A DNA stretch of 64,000 bases from Macrostomum lignano (lineage: Eukaryota), in the NCBI GenBank assembly GCA_002269645.1, contig NIVC01002616.1, positions 62,001-126,000 on the forward strand, read 5' to 3'. The translations under genes and the position numbers were made by a program. Every line of letters begins with the position of its first letter. Within the stretch, counting starts at the first letter, position 1. The notes beneath the pieces were generated by a model, which saw only the letters and a program-made list of their open reading frames with translations, did no database searches and was not told where the DNA came from. Of the stretch, positions 39,365-51,673 are shown piece by piece.

Positions 39365-39990
39365 GGGGGCGATTCTCACTGTGACTGTTGGGGCGATTCT
39401 CACTGTGACTGTTGGGGCGATTCTCACTGTGACTGTTGGGGCGATTCTCACTGTGACTGTTGGGGCGATTCTCACTGACTGTTGGGGCGATTCTCACTGT
39501 GACTGTTGGAGCGATTCTCACTGTGACTGTTGGGGCGATTCTCACTGTGACTGTTGGGGCGATTCTCACTGTGACTGTTGGGGCGATTCTCACTGTGACT
39601 GTTGGGGCGATTCTCACTGTGACTGTTGGGGCGATTCTCACTGTGACTGTTGGGGCGATTCTCACTGACTGTTGGGGCGATTCTCACTGTGACTGTTGGA
39701 GCGATTCTCACTGTGACTGTTGGGGCGATTCTCACTGTGACTGTTGGGGCGATTCTCACTGTGACTGTTGGGGCGATTCTCACTGTGACTGTTGGAGCGA
39801 TTCTCACTGTGACTGTTGGGGCGATTCTCACTGTGACTGTTGGGGCGATTCTCACTGTGACTGTTGGAGCGATTCTCACTGTGACTGTTGGGGCGATTCT
39901 CACTGTGACTGTTGGGGCGATTCTCACTGTGACTGTTGGAGCGATTCTCACTGTGACTGTTGGGGCGATTCTCACTGTGACTATGGGGGC
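39365..39990. repeat. 24-bp minisatellite (GGGGCGATTCTCACTGTGACTGTT) in PASK intron 1
   Basis: About 26 units, with two 20-bp deletion variants. Confidence 0.95.
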
Positions 39991-40013
39991 GGACACAAAA
40001 ACCCCTTACTTAC

Positions 40014-40511
40014 CTGATCACACAGCTGTCGCAGACTCTGCTGTTGCCCCCTGGACGCCGAAGAGAACCCTGAGCTGCTACGATTGAGAAAATTGCAGAA
40101 TGCGTAGGATCTAGATAAACTGTCGTTTAAAGAAGCGTTCAGATTGAGCTGCTGCTGCTGCTGGAACTTCTGATGCAGAGTTAACCTACTAGCACTAGCG
40201 GCCGCATTGAAACTAACTCCGTAGCAATTGTCCGCGGCAGAGAACTCGTCTAAGTCTAACAGGCTGCTAGACATGAGGCAGCGTTCCTCATCATCGCAGC
40301 CTCCTGCTGCTTGTTCTTGATCGCTACTATTCGAATTCGACTGCAGTAGGGCGTGCAATTCTCTAGACGAGTCTTTCAATCGATCGAGCGGTGACGGACG
40401 GTTTGGAGTGCCAAGCATCAGCGGCCGGCTGGTGTTAGCGGGGCCTGGTTTAGGTGTTAGCGACAGCTGAGCGTCAGTTTGCTCCTCGATGGCACTTGAA
40501 TCTGCTAGCAT
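40014..40511 (-). CDS. PASK: PAS kinase, first coding exon (low-complexity N-terminus)
   Basis: ATG at 40511, open frame, CAG/GTAAGT donor in phase with exon 2; the true start may lie upstream. Confidence 0.7.
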
Positions 40512-40824
40512 GTCGCGCAGGTTCTGAGATATGGTTTCAGAGTTTGGTCAGCTAATGTGATGACTAATTTTAAAATAGCTTGACAAAAATTTGCAAGAAC
40601 CGATCTTTTGTCGAAAAAACATCATTTTATTTGGTATAATGCCTTCTGCGAGTACTAGACTGTTTAGATCCTTATTAATTAGATAGTTAGATAATTAATA
40701 ACTACGTTTAGGAATGCATCATAGGTCGGTAACTTCTGGACCGCGAAGCCTCTCTATCCGGCCCTCGGGTCCTTTGAAACTTCACAATAGCAATCCGACC
40801 CGCTCGAGGGTTTTGCACCTTTTC

Positions 40825-41700
40825 AGCTCTCTCCTATCTTCTCTCTCTCCTCTCACTCATCTTCTCTCCCTTCTCTCACCCTCTCCCCTCCTCTCTCCTC
40901 TGAGCCCTCTTCTCACCTTCCTCTCTCCTCTCTTCTCACTCCTTTTCTCTCTTCTCTCCTCCAAGCCCCCTCCTCTCACACAATATCTCTCTTGTCCTCT
41001 CACCCATCTTCTCTCTTCAACAATCTTCTCTCTTCCCCTTCTCACCCCTCTTCTCTTTCTCTCTTCACCCCTCTTCTCTCTTCCTCTTCCTCCCTCTCAC
41101 CCCTCTTCCCCCCTCTCACCCCTCTTCTCTCTTTCCCCCTCTGGCTCTCACCCCTCTTCTCTCTTCCCCCCTCTCACCCCTCTTCTCTCTTCCCTCTCTC
41201 ACCCCTTCTCTCTTCCCTCTCTCACCCTCTTCTCTCTTCCCTCTCTCACCCCCTTCTCTCTTCCCTCTCTCACCCTCTTCTCTATTCCCTCTCTCACCCC
41301 CTTCTCTCTTCCCTCTCTCACCCTCTTCTCTATTCCCTCTCTCACCCTCTTCTCTATTCCCTCTCTCACCCTCTTCTCTATTCCCTCTCTCACCCTCTTC
41401 TCTCTTCCCTCTCTCACCCTCTTCTCTATTCCCTCTCTCACCCTCTTCTCTATTCCCTCTCTCACCCCCTTCTCTCTTCCCTCTCTCACCCTCTTCTCTA
41501 TTCCCTCTCTCACCCTCTTCTCTCTTCCCTCTCTCACCCTCTTCTCTATTCCCTCTCTCACCCTCTTCTCTATTCCCTCTCTCACCCCCTTCTCTCTTCC
41601 CTCTCTCACCCTCTTCTCTATTCCCTCTCTCACCCTCTTCTCTCTTCTCTCTCTCACCCTCTTCTCTCTTCTCTCTCTCACCCCTCTTCTCTTCTATCTT
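40825..41700. repeat. Pyrimidine tract grading into a 24-bp minisatellite (CTCTCTCACCCTCTTCTCTATTCC)
   Basis: Direct inspection. Confidence 0.93.
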
Positions 41701-43457
41701 ATTTTCATACTTATAAATTTACTTTGATGCTCCACAAGGTGCATATGATATGTAATTGCTCTGTTTTAGAAAATATTTACATCATAGCATTTGCAAAAAT
41801 GGTAGTTTTTTGTTATTTGAACTTATTTTAAACAAGCAAATAATAAGACTAGCACTTTGAAGAACATCTTTTTTGAACTGTAACTACAAAAAAACTTAAG
41901 TAATTTTAAAACAAACTTGAATAAAAAAAAATTATTCTTAGTGCATCAACAATTTCTTTGCTTGCATCTTTGCCAAATTTTAGCCTAACAAATTTGGATA
42001 AATAGCAATATTAGCATATGTTTTAATGTTTAAAAGTTTATTTAAATTGAATTATTAAAGAAAACTAGCTATCCTATTATTTTCTTTTTTTCTACTACTA
42101 CTACTATCATATCTATGCATTTTGAATATTACTTAGCCAATTCAAAAATAGTTTAAATTATTGAAATTGCAATATATTTCTATTTAAAAAGCCTTTTTGT
42201 AATAAAAGCCTTTTTCGCATATTATTTTTTTATAAAATTAAATATAAATATTGAACATTTAAATATTTATTCTTATTATTAAAATCAAAGCTACATTATA
42301 TTTTCATATTGATTTTTAAATTGCCAATATTTACAACATTTGGTTTAAGATTATAAAATATAGGTCTATTAAAAGCCTTTTTGTTTTGGATATTAAAGCC
42401 AAAGGTAAAATATATACTTTAGACACTAAAAGGCTAAGCCTAGCCTAACTAAAATAAATATTCCAATATACATATCAACTCTGAGGCTATTACTAGGCCT
42501 ATGTACTAAAAAATTTAGCAACCTTCCTTGATATTTAGTATTTTGACTTAGAGATTTAGTATATTTAGATTTTTGACTAGGTATATTATTATGGTAACAG
42601 TCCAATTTGATAACAGCCACTTTAGTAACAAATGATATCCGATTTGGTAACAGCCATTTTAGTAACAATCAGTGGAAATAAATACAGTATTTATAGATTG
42701 ATGTACTTTAAAAAATTTTTGCAAACAAATCTTAAACTGAAAACAATGAAAAATAATTGAGATACATTTTCGCAAACTTTGAGATATAGATTAATGGTGA
42801 AAACTATTGCGTATTTTAATCTACATGTAATTTTATTTTAATTTTTGGGTGTGCCAGATGCATATATACAAGCTGAGACATTCTGTTGACCAAATATTGT
42901 GAACATTAGAATCTCTGAGTTAGCAACTTCATTTACTAGAATCAACTTTTCTCTTTATTTATAATTACTTCAAAACTTTAATTTTCAACCATTGCATAAT
43001 GTTCTTTGCTGCATTTAATTTTTACGCACATTTTAATGCACAAATTTAAACAAATTATAATTTATTTTAACTATAAAATTAAACCATACTTAGCAGTAAC
43101 AGTAAAATGGTTTAATTTTTTATTAAACTAAGTTGCTAAAATTAATTACCATGGAAATATAGCATCAGTAGTCATTAAACTGCTTTGTTACCAAAGTTGC
43201 TATTACCAAAGTGGATTGTATTCTATTATGATCAATAGGCCTAACGCAACGCCTAATAAGCTTAGCCTAGCTCTAGCAACTGCCTGCAACTGGTATAATA
43301 AATTAAAAAACTACTTTGTCTACTAGCATACTATCCAAGTCCAAGACTCCAAGGCTTAATTGTATAAGCAAAGGGAAACAAAATTGCTTATTGACTTTGC
43401 CTTGCCCTTTGTTAAAATCATTTTTTCATTTTTTAGTATTTTATCTAGTCTATGACT

Positions 43458-44100
43458 CCATAGTCAGGAAGGTGGCAGTTTGGTCGGAAAATTCCGGCGC
43501 ACACAAGCCCTTTTTGGGCACACAACGGCGCACAACGGCGCACAGCGGCGCGCCACAACAGCGCACAGCGGCGCACTGGCGCACAGCGGCGCACACCAGA
43601 GGACACCGGCGCATGGCGGCGCGGCGCGGCGGGCGCCGCGCCACATGCAGCGTTACCCTTGTGGCGATCCCATGTAACGATGTAAGTCTTTACTTGTTAC
43701 AGTACACTATTCACTGTTCTATCTAATGTAACACTGCATTCTACCAAAAAATAAAAAATAAAATAAAATATTTTCCTTTTCCTTTTTACCTTTGTTTTTG
43801 CCATTTGCTTACTTTTTATGTTTGTTTTGTTTTAAAAATTAAAAATAAATTAAAAATTTTTTAAATTTCTATTTTCGGTTTAACGATCTCAATTTCTCAT
43901 AATATAATATAGATAGCCCGTAACCGTCCCGTATTAACCATTATATTCTCTTGTAAAAAAAGGTCTTTTATTGTCGCAAAGCAGGTAGTGGCGGGCGCAC
44001 AACGGCGCACACGAGGGTTTTTGTGTCGGCGCACGGCGCACAATTTTGGGAGAGGCCAAAATTTGTTCCGGCGCACACTCTGCCACCTTCCTGACTATGG
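43458..44100. mobile_element. 643-bp MITE with 21-bp TIRs and 8-bp TSD (hAT/P-type)
   Basis: TIR CCATAGTCAGGAAGGTGGCAG at both ends; CTATGACT at 43450-43457 and 44101-44108; internal GGCGCACA repeats. Confidence 0.9.
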
Positions 44101-44895
44101 CTATGACTATGTCTACTGCATTTTAAAAACAATCTAAAGGTAAAGACTTTAGACTATTTTACCGGCACCCGATAAGATAGGCCCTCAATATTACAAATGG
44201 TGCTTTATGCCTCTAGGGCTCTATGCAAGCGAAATGTAGGCATGCTACAATACAATTACAATACATCATACATCATACATGTATACACCTGAACTATGCA
44301 GGGCTTAAAAAGTGAAGCCTACAGCTATCAAGATAAAAAAATTGAAGATCTATTAGACGAATTAAACTGATCCTTCATTGCCTTTAAAAGTAATACGCGA
44401 TGAGAATATTTAATTTCATAGAGCCCTAGACCACTTGAGGAAGCATGCTAGTTAGAACAATTAAAAAGTGAAGTTAAGCTATCAATTTAAACTTGCGCGA
44501 AAGAATTCCTGGTAAGCACAACGAAAGCTTTTTTAATCAATTGTTCGATTTTCTTCCTGACGTAGAAACAAATTGAAAGCCAAATCAATCAGATTCATTA
44601 GGGCGACTAGGAGTTTAGATTCCCAGAATTTTAATTTGTTAGTAAGCTAAGATAATTAACGTGATGTGAACACTGTAGAATTGATCTGAGAGACAGCGGT
44701 GAGTGCGGGCAAAGTTCGGCAGAAAAAGCTCGACGGGCAATTCGCTCGCAAGAAACACTCGCGGTCAAAATGCACTGCAGGAAAAACTCGGCGGTAGTTC
44801 GCCTGCGGGCTATTCTCATGGATCCAAGCGAAAATACGCGACAATTCCTGCTTACTGCCCTTAAATGTCTAAGCAACTATAGCTAGCTGATAATG

Positions 44896-45663
44896 CAGGG
44901 GTGTCGGAACCGGGGGGGGGCACTTTTTAGCATAATCCTGCAAGTGCCCTTTTTGAATTTCAAGCAAGTGTCGGCCGGTTTTCGGCTTTGGCTTGAGTCT
45001 TGGAAGCTAACGGTACCAGCTGATATAATAGTTCATGTTGTTTTCAATATCATTCCACTACAGTTTTTATCTAATGTGCCTAAGCCTAGTGCTTTTAGGG
45101 GTCAGCAAACTTTTTACTCAAGGGCCAGATTGAGAACAGCGCATGACTGCCCTTCTGGGTCCGCTTCGCTGAGCCCCCTACTAAGCGAAACGCGCGCCCA
45201 GCAGGAGTCCCTCTGATGACTGCGGGCTATAGGGAGAGCGAATAGGGAATAGAGAAGAGAAATACGAGCGCAGGAGAAAGGAGAGGCGAAGGAATAAAGG
45301 AGAAGAGAATGGAGAGGAAACGGGAGATGAGAGGAGAGGAGATGAGAGGAGAGGAGAGAGGTGAGGAGAGGAGAGGAGAGAGGTGAGGAGAGGAGAGGAG
45401 AGAGAGAGGAGAGGAGATGAGAGAGGTAAGAAGAGGCGAGGAGAGGAAGGAGAGAGGAGAGGAGAGAGGTTAAGGAGATAAGAGGAGAGGAGTCGAGGTG
45501 AGGAGATATGAGAGGAGAGGAGAGAGGTCGGTTGGCACAACTAATGTCACAAACTGACATAACAGCAGGAGTTAGGGTGCCCTTGGATTTATAAAAAATG
45601 TATGTGCCATATGTGCCCTCCCACCAATAGCCCCCCACTTTGAAATATGTTCCGACACCGCTG
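44896..45663. mobile_element. 768-bp non-autonomous hAT-like element containing a GA tract
   Basis: TIRs CAGGGGTGTCGGAAC / CAGCGGTGTCGGAAC; flanks TGATAATG vs TGTTAATG (7/8 TSD match). Confidence 0.8.
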
Positions 45664-46219
45664 TGTTAATGTCAAATCGAAAGTTCATAAATTAGGTACA
45701 TGTAGTTCATTCCGTTCAGTCTAAATTCTGCAGACTATAATCAATCAGCAGTCTAGCGGCTATCGGTTAAATGTTTCACGTTTGACTGAGTGCACAAAAT
45801 TCAATTTATACTACACACGTTTTATAGATAGTAGTAATTTTCGTCTCGCTGGTCGAAAGATTGATAAATAATTTCTGCGTGAAAAATTGGTCACATATTT
45901 TCTCTTAAGGATCAAAAAGCATAGATAGTAATTATGTGTGCGTGGAGGGGATCTTCATGGCATCGAAAAAGAACCCCCCCCCCCTACGTCGCTCGAGAAA
46001 AAATGATTTTCACTCGATCTTTTGTTGATTTTTGTATTCGCAGCGACAGTTGACAATTTCTTTAAGCATCGATTCGGTATCTGTTTTTTACGAACGTCTT
46101 GTATCTGTGACAATGTGACGCTTTATCAAGGTTACAAATTGACAGTTTGCTGCTTGCAGTTGCAATGTTGCAGGTTCTCCCTCCAGAAAATCAATCAGAG
46201 AGGTGACTATAATATAAGG

Positions 46220-47390
46220 TAGACAAAGAGACATGGGCGCCCACAGACAGGGGCGCCCTCCAAGAGACAGGGGCGCCCACCAAGAGACAGGGGCGCCCAC
46301 CAAGAGACAGGGGCGCCCACCAAGAGACAGGGGCGCCCACCAAGAGACAGGGGCGCCCACCAAGAGACAGGGGCGCCCACCAAGAGACAGGGGCGCCCAC
46401 CAAGAGACAGGGGCGCCCACCAAGAGACAGGGGCGCCCACCAAGAGACAGGGGCGCCCACCAAGAGACAGGGGCGCCCACAAAAAGAGACAGCTAGGGGC
46501 GCCCAGAAAAAGAGACAGGGGGCGCCAATAAAAAAGACAGGGCACCCACAAAGAGACAAAGGCGCCGAGAAAAAGAGACAGAAGCGCCAAGAAAAAAAGA
46601 CAGAAGCGCCAAGAAAAAGAGACAGAAGCGCCAAGAAAAAAAGACAGAAGCGCCAAGAAAAAGAGACTGAAGCGCCTAGAAAATGACACAGAGGCGCCCA
46701 GAAAAAGAGACATGGGCGCCCACAAAGAGACGGGGGCCCCCACAAAGAGACGGGGGCGCCTACAAAGAGACAGGGCCCCCACAAAGAGACAGGGCCCCCA
46801 CAAAGAGACAGGGCCCCCACAAAGAGACAGGGCCCCCACAAAGAGACGGGGGCCCCCACAAAGAGACGGGGGCGCCTACAAAGAGACAGGGCCCCCACAA
46901 AGAGACAGGGCCCCCACAAAGAGACAGGGCCCCCACAAAGAGACAGAGGCACCCACAAGGCGTTCAACAAGAGCCAGGGCCCCCACCAAAGAGACAGGGC
47001 CCCCACAAAGAGACAAGGCCCCCACAAAGAGACAGGGCCCCCACAAAGAGACAGAGGCACCCACAAGGCGTTCAACAAGAGCCAGGGCCCCCACCAAAGA
47101 GACAGGGCCCCCACAAAGAGACAAGGCCCCCACAAAGAGACAGGGCCCCCACAAAGAGACAGAGGCACCCACAAGGCGTTCAACAAGAGCCAGGGCCCCC
47201 ACCAAAGAGACAGGGCCGCCACAAAGAGACAGGGGCACCCACAAGGCGTTCAACAAGAGCCAGGGCCCCCACCAAAGAGACAGGGCCGCCACATAGAGAC
47301 AGGGCCGCCACAAAGAGACAGGGCCGCCACAAAGAGACAGGGCCCCCACAAAGAGACAGGGCTGCGCCCACAACAGGGGCACCCAGTAGA
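46220..47390. repeat. Compound ~20-bp minisatellite (CCCACCAAGAGACAGGGGCG and variants)
   Basis: Several sub-arrays sharing an AAGAGACAG core. Confidence 0.93.
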
Positions 47391-48799
47391 ACGCACTGTC
47401 AGTGAATTTGGTAACATATCAGCGACTTTAGCGATCCTTAAAACTGGCTCAGAAATTAGTTTTGAAAGCGCTTCTATACTGGTACCGTTTCCTTTGCCAG
47501 CTTGATAATCTTTCTTATTTCTTTCTTAATTTCCTCACCTGTAGAGCGCCCAACGAGAAATGAATATGAGGCAGAAAGTGGTGTTCAACATCATGAGCAC
47601 GAGAATCGCCCGCCCACACATTTTGCCCGTCGATTTTTTCCCGCCGAACTTTGCCTCGATGCTTTTGTTCTAACAGTGAAAAAACACAGGTAAAATACAC
47701 GTAAATAATTTTGCCATATTTACAATTGGTACGTGGTCCTTAAGCTGACACGGGAATTTTTAACCGTTGAAGACACCAAGACAAGATCGAGCCCATGCAA
47801 GCACGCTGAGCCGCCTTTCGGGTTGGATTCGTCATCGAACCCACGCGTCCGTAGCAGCAGAAAGCCGTCTCGCATTTAAAAAAAGCTTACAGTGCATTTA
47901 ACTGAATACCTGAGCTACTCGAATGAGTCTACTGACTACTTGAATTTGTTGGATGGCCTGTGTCCTCTGGTATACATTTGTGGCTGCTGTGTCAGTCTGA
48001 TGGTCTCAGTGTCATTTGTTTTAAGAGTATTTTTAAAAGCGCAGCGCACAATGTACCCTAAACTACTGCGAGCGTATTTGCATGTTGACTGACAAAATTT
48101 TCTACAATACAACCCGGATACGAGCTTGTACTTTTACCAGCGTAAATTCAAGTTTAGTAAATCTATTCGACGCTTTGTATAGGGCACGCAAGGTCAGACT
48201 GTTCGTCAAGAATCATTCAACATGCATAATATGCGTTGCTAGATTAGTTGTTTTCTGACCACTCTGCTTTCAAACGATATATTTAATCTTTAGATGTCAT
48301 CTATAATTTGTGATCGTCTTCGGTCGTTCCAATATCATGTTTCGTTGTCAATATGCAGCGCGTTCACGTTTATTCAGCGGGCTCGCCAAGCAGCATAGAC
48401 TTGTACAGAGCATAGTAGCAGCGCCTGTTGCACCGATCATCCGATCTGTCGCAGTCGCAAGCGGACGGCGTGCCGCCAAATTGAGCCGAATAGGTAGCCA
48501 ACATATAGCTGGCCGGCACCTGCTCCTTCAGCATGTCGTAGCTCAAGCCACGCGGGCAGCGGTCGTTTACGATGCAAGGCCTGAACACCATTTCCAGCTG
48601 TCTCATATTCATCTCTCGTTGACCGCTCTGGTGAAGAAATTATACACGAGAAAGATGTATCAATCTGGCTAAGAAAACGGTGCTAGTATGGGCGCTTTCA
48701 AAACTAACTTGCTGAGCCAGTAATAACAGTCGCCAAAGTCTCTGATGTGTTACCAATTTCGCTGGAAGAGCGTGCTACTATTGATAGGGTCTCTCCTGC

Positions 48800-49410
48800 C
48801 TCTATATGGGCGCCCCTGTCTCTTGTTGGGCACCCCTGTCTCTTGGTGGGCACCCCGGTCTCTTGGTGGGCACCCCGGTCTCTTGGTGGGCACCCCGGTC
48901 TCTTGGTGGGCGCCCCTGTCTCTTGGTGGGCACCCCGGTCTCTTGGTGGGCACCCCGGTCTCTTGGTGGGCACCCCTGTCTCTTGGTGGGCACCCCGGTC
49001 TCTTGGTGGGCACCCCTGTCTCTTGGTGGGCACCCCGGTCTCTTGGTGGGCGCCCCTGTCTCTTGGTGGGCACCCCGGTCTCTTGGTGGGCGCCCCTGTC
49101 TCTTGGTGGGCGCCTCTGTCTCTTGGTGGGTGCCTCTGTCTCTTAGTGAGCACCACTGTCTCTTGGTAGGCGCCCCTGTCTCTTGGTGGGCACCCCTGTC
49201 TCTTAGTGAGCACCACTTGTCTCTTGGTAGGCGCCCCTGTCTCTTGGTGGGCACCCCTGTCTCTTAGTGAGCACCACTGTCTCTTGGTAGGCGCCCCTGT
49301 CTCTTGGTGGGCACCCCTGTCTCTTAGTGAGCACCACTTGTCTCTTGGTAGGCGCCCCTGTCTCTTGGGAGGCGCCCCTGTCTCCTGGTGGGCGCCCCTG
49401 TCTCTTGGTT
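48800..49410. repeat. Inverted copy of the 20-bp minisatellite (CCCTGTCTCTTGGTGGGCAC)
   Basis: Reverse complement of the 46220-46480 unit. Confidence 0.93.
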
Positions 49411-50224
49411 TACCTTAGTCACCTCTCTGATGGATTTTCTGGAGGGGTTGATGGGCGGCACGGACCTCTGCGTACGCCACTGGATTACCTAGCAACCTTG
49501 CTCAAGCGTCACATTCTCACAGATACTGGACTTTCGTAAGTAAACAGATACCGAATCGATGCTTAAAGAAATTGTCAACTGTCGCTGCAAATGCAACATC
49601 AACATTGCGCTACCTGAGCGTGGACGGCCACAAGAAGCATCGCGATGGCAAACACGACGAGTTGAGGTCGCACGAGTCGCAGCATTTTTTGATATTTTTG
49701 ACTTCGATTTTAAAAATCAAACTTTTCACTGAGGGGATTGCTTTCTTCGATGCTGAGGTCCTCTCCACGCACACATCATTTCTATTTATGCTTTTTAAGC
49801 CCTAACGTTTGAAGGGAAAATTTTTGACCAATTTTAATTTAAAGTGGCAATTACTTTTTTGACTTACAGCTGAGACGAAAATTGCAACTAAATGGTGTAG
49901 TTATTGTGCACCCAGTTGAACTTAAAAAATTAACCGATAGTCGATAAAATGGATATTGATTAGTCTGCGGAAGTTGGACTGAACGGGATCAACTAATTGA
50001 TGAGCTTTCCATTCTGCATCAACAGCCAGTTGCTCAGAGATTTATATAGGGCAATTAAAAGCAGGAAGTCGCATATTTTCGAACTTTCCATTCTGCATCA
50101 ATCGCCAGTTGCTCAGACATTTATATAGGGCAATTAAAAGCAGGAAGTCGCATATTTTCGCTTTAAAGCTAGCGTCCAGACATTGTATTCAGCAAAATTA
50201 CCCACAATCTAAAGGTGCAATCAA

Positions 50225-50251
50225 ACAATCAATCTATCAATCTATCAATCC

Positions 50252-50295
<44 letters not shown>

Positions 50296-50394
50296 GTCTA
50301 TCTATCTATCTGTCTATCTATCTATCTATCTATGCAATATCTATCTATCTATCTATCTATCTGTCTATCTATCTATCTGTCTATCTATCTATCC

Positions 50395-50470
<76 letters not shown>

Positions 50471-50487
50471 GTCTATCTATCTATCTG

Positions 50488-50582
<95 letters not shown>

Positions 50583-50607
50583 ATCTATCTATCTATCTAT
50601 CTATCTG

Positions 50608-50706
<99 letters not shown>

Positions 50707-50740
50707 GTCTATCTATCTATCTATCTATCTGTCTATCTAC
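50225..50740. repeat. (TATC)n microsatellite
   Basis: Direct inspection. Confidence 0.98.
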
Positions 50741-51131
50741 TACGTAGCAACTCCTCACGAACATCGCTAGAATCAGACCGCTGAGGTAGATGAACTGCTG
50801 AAATCACAGGGAGATTCGTCTTTCATCACGTCGGCACAAAAATAAAGCCTAGGCCTCCATGGGCTCGATTCGCCATCCTAACCGCCGCACAGCAATCAGC
50901 TTGTCTATGGCTATCATTGGGCGCCTTTGACCGTTAAAGACAGCAGGGCGAGATCGTCGTTGTAGCCATGCATACAAGCACGCTGAAGTCCGCTGCTCGG
51001 GTTTGTGTCCACCCACGTGTCACAGCAGCAGAAAGCCATCGTTGCATTAAATAAACTTGAATTTAACTGCATATGGGTATCTGGCGTAAGTCTAATGAGT
51101 CTACTGACAAACTGCACAGATTTGTTCGTGC

Positions 51132-51322
<191 letters not shown>

Positions 51323-51589
51323 GCGGCAGTCAACATCGGCCATTGCAAAATCAGTCGGAGCTGCCCTGCAGGACGTACATGTACGTAGACTGAGGGCGGT
51401 GTTCTGATCCTGGCGTTGGTCGAAACCATGCATACGCTCGTATAATCTCACAACGCTAAAAGCCGTAACGCTGACGGAGTCAATTGCGACAAGCTGTGCA
51501 TGTGCATGTGCATGATGTAATATTGTCGGCGAAAACTTTCAGCACAAACATTAAATTATTCTAAGAGTTTTTTAATCGTGCTCAGCGGA

Positions 51590-51673
51590 CAGTGGCGGCG
51601 CATCACCTCTGAATGGGGGGGGCAGTTGGTCAACCGGGCCTGCAGCCTACCCGCACCCCGTTCGCCATCACTG
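51590..51673. mobile_element. 84-bp hAT-like micro-MITE
   Basis: CAGTGGCGGCG / CAGTGATGGCG TIRs; flanks TCAGCGGA vs TCGGTGGA (6/8). Confidence 0.55.

Noticed and set aside
47539-47669. Exon-like segment with a hydrophobic frame (IEAKFGG...AILVLMMLNTTFCLIFI), reminiscent of TMC channels
   Set aside because: The frame is not conserved in the homologous blocks and no downstream in-frame exon was found
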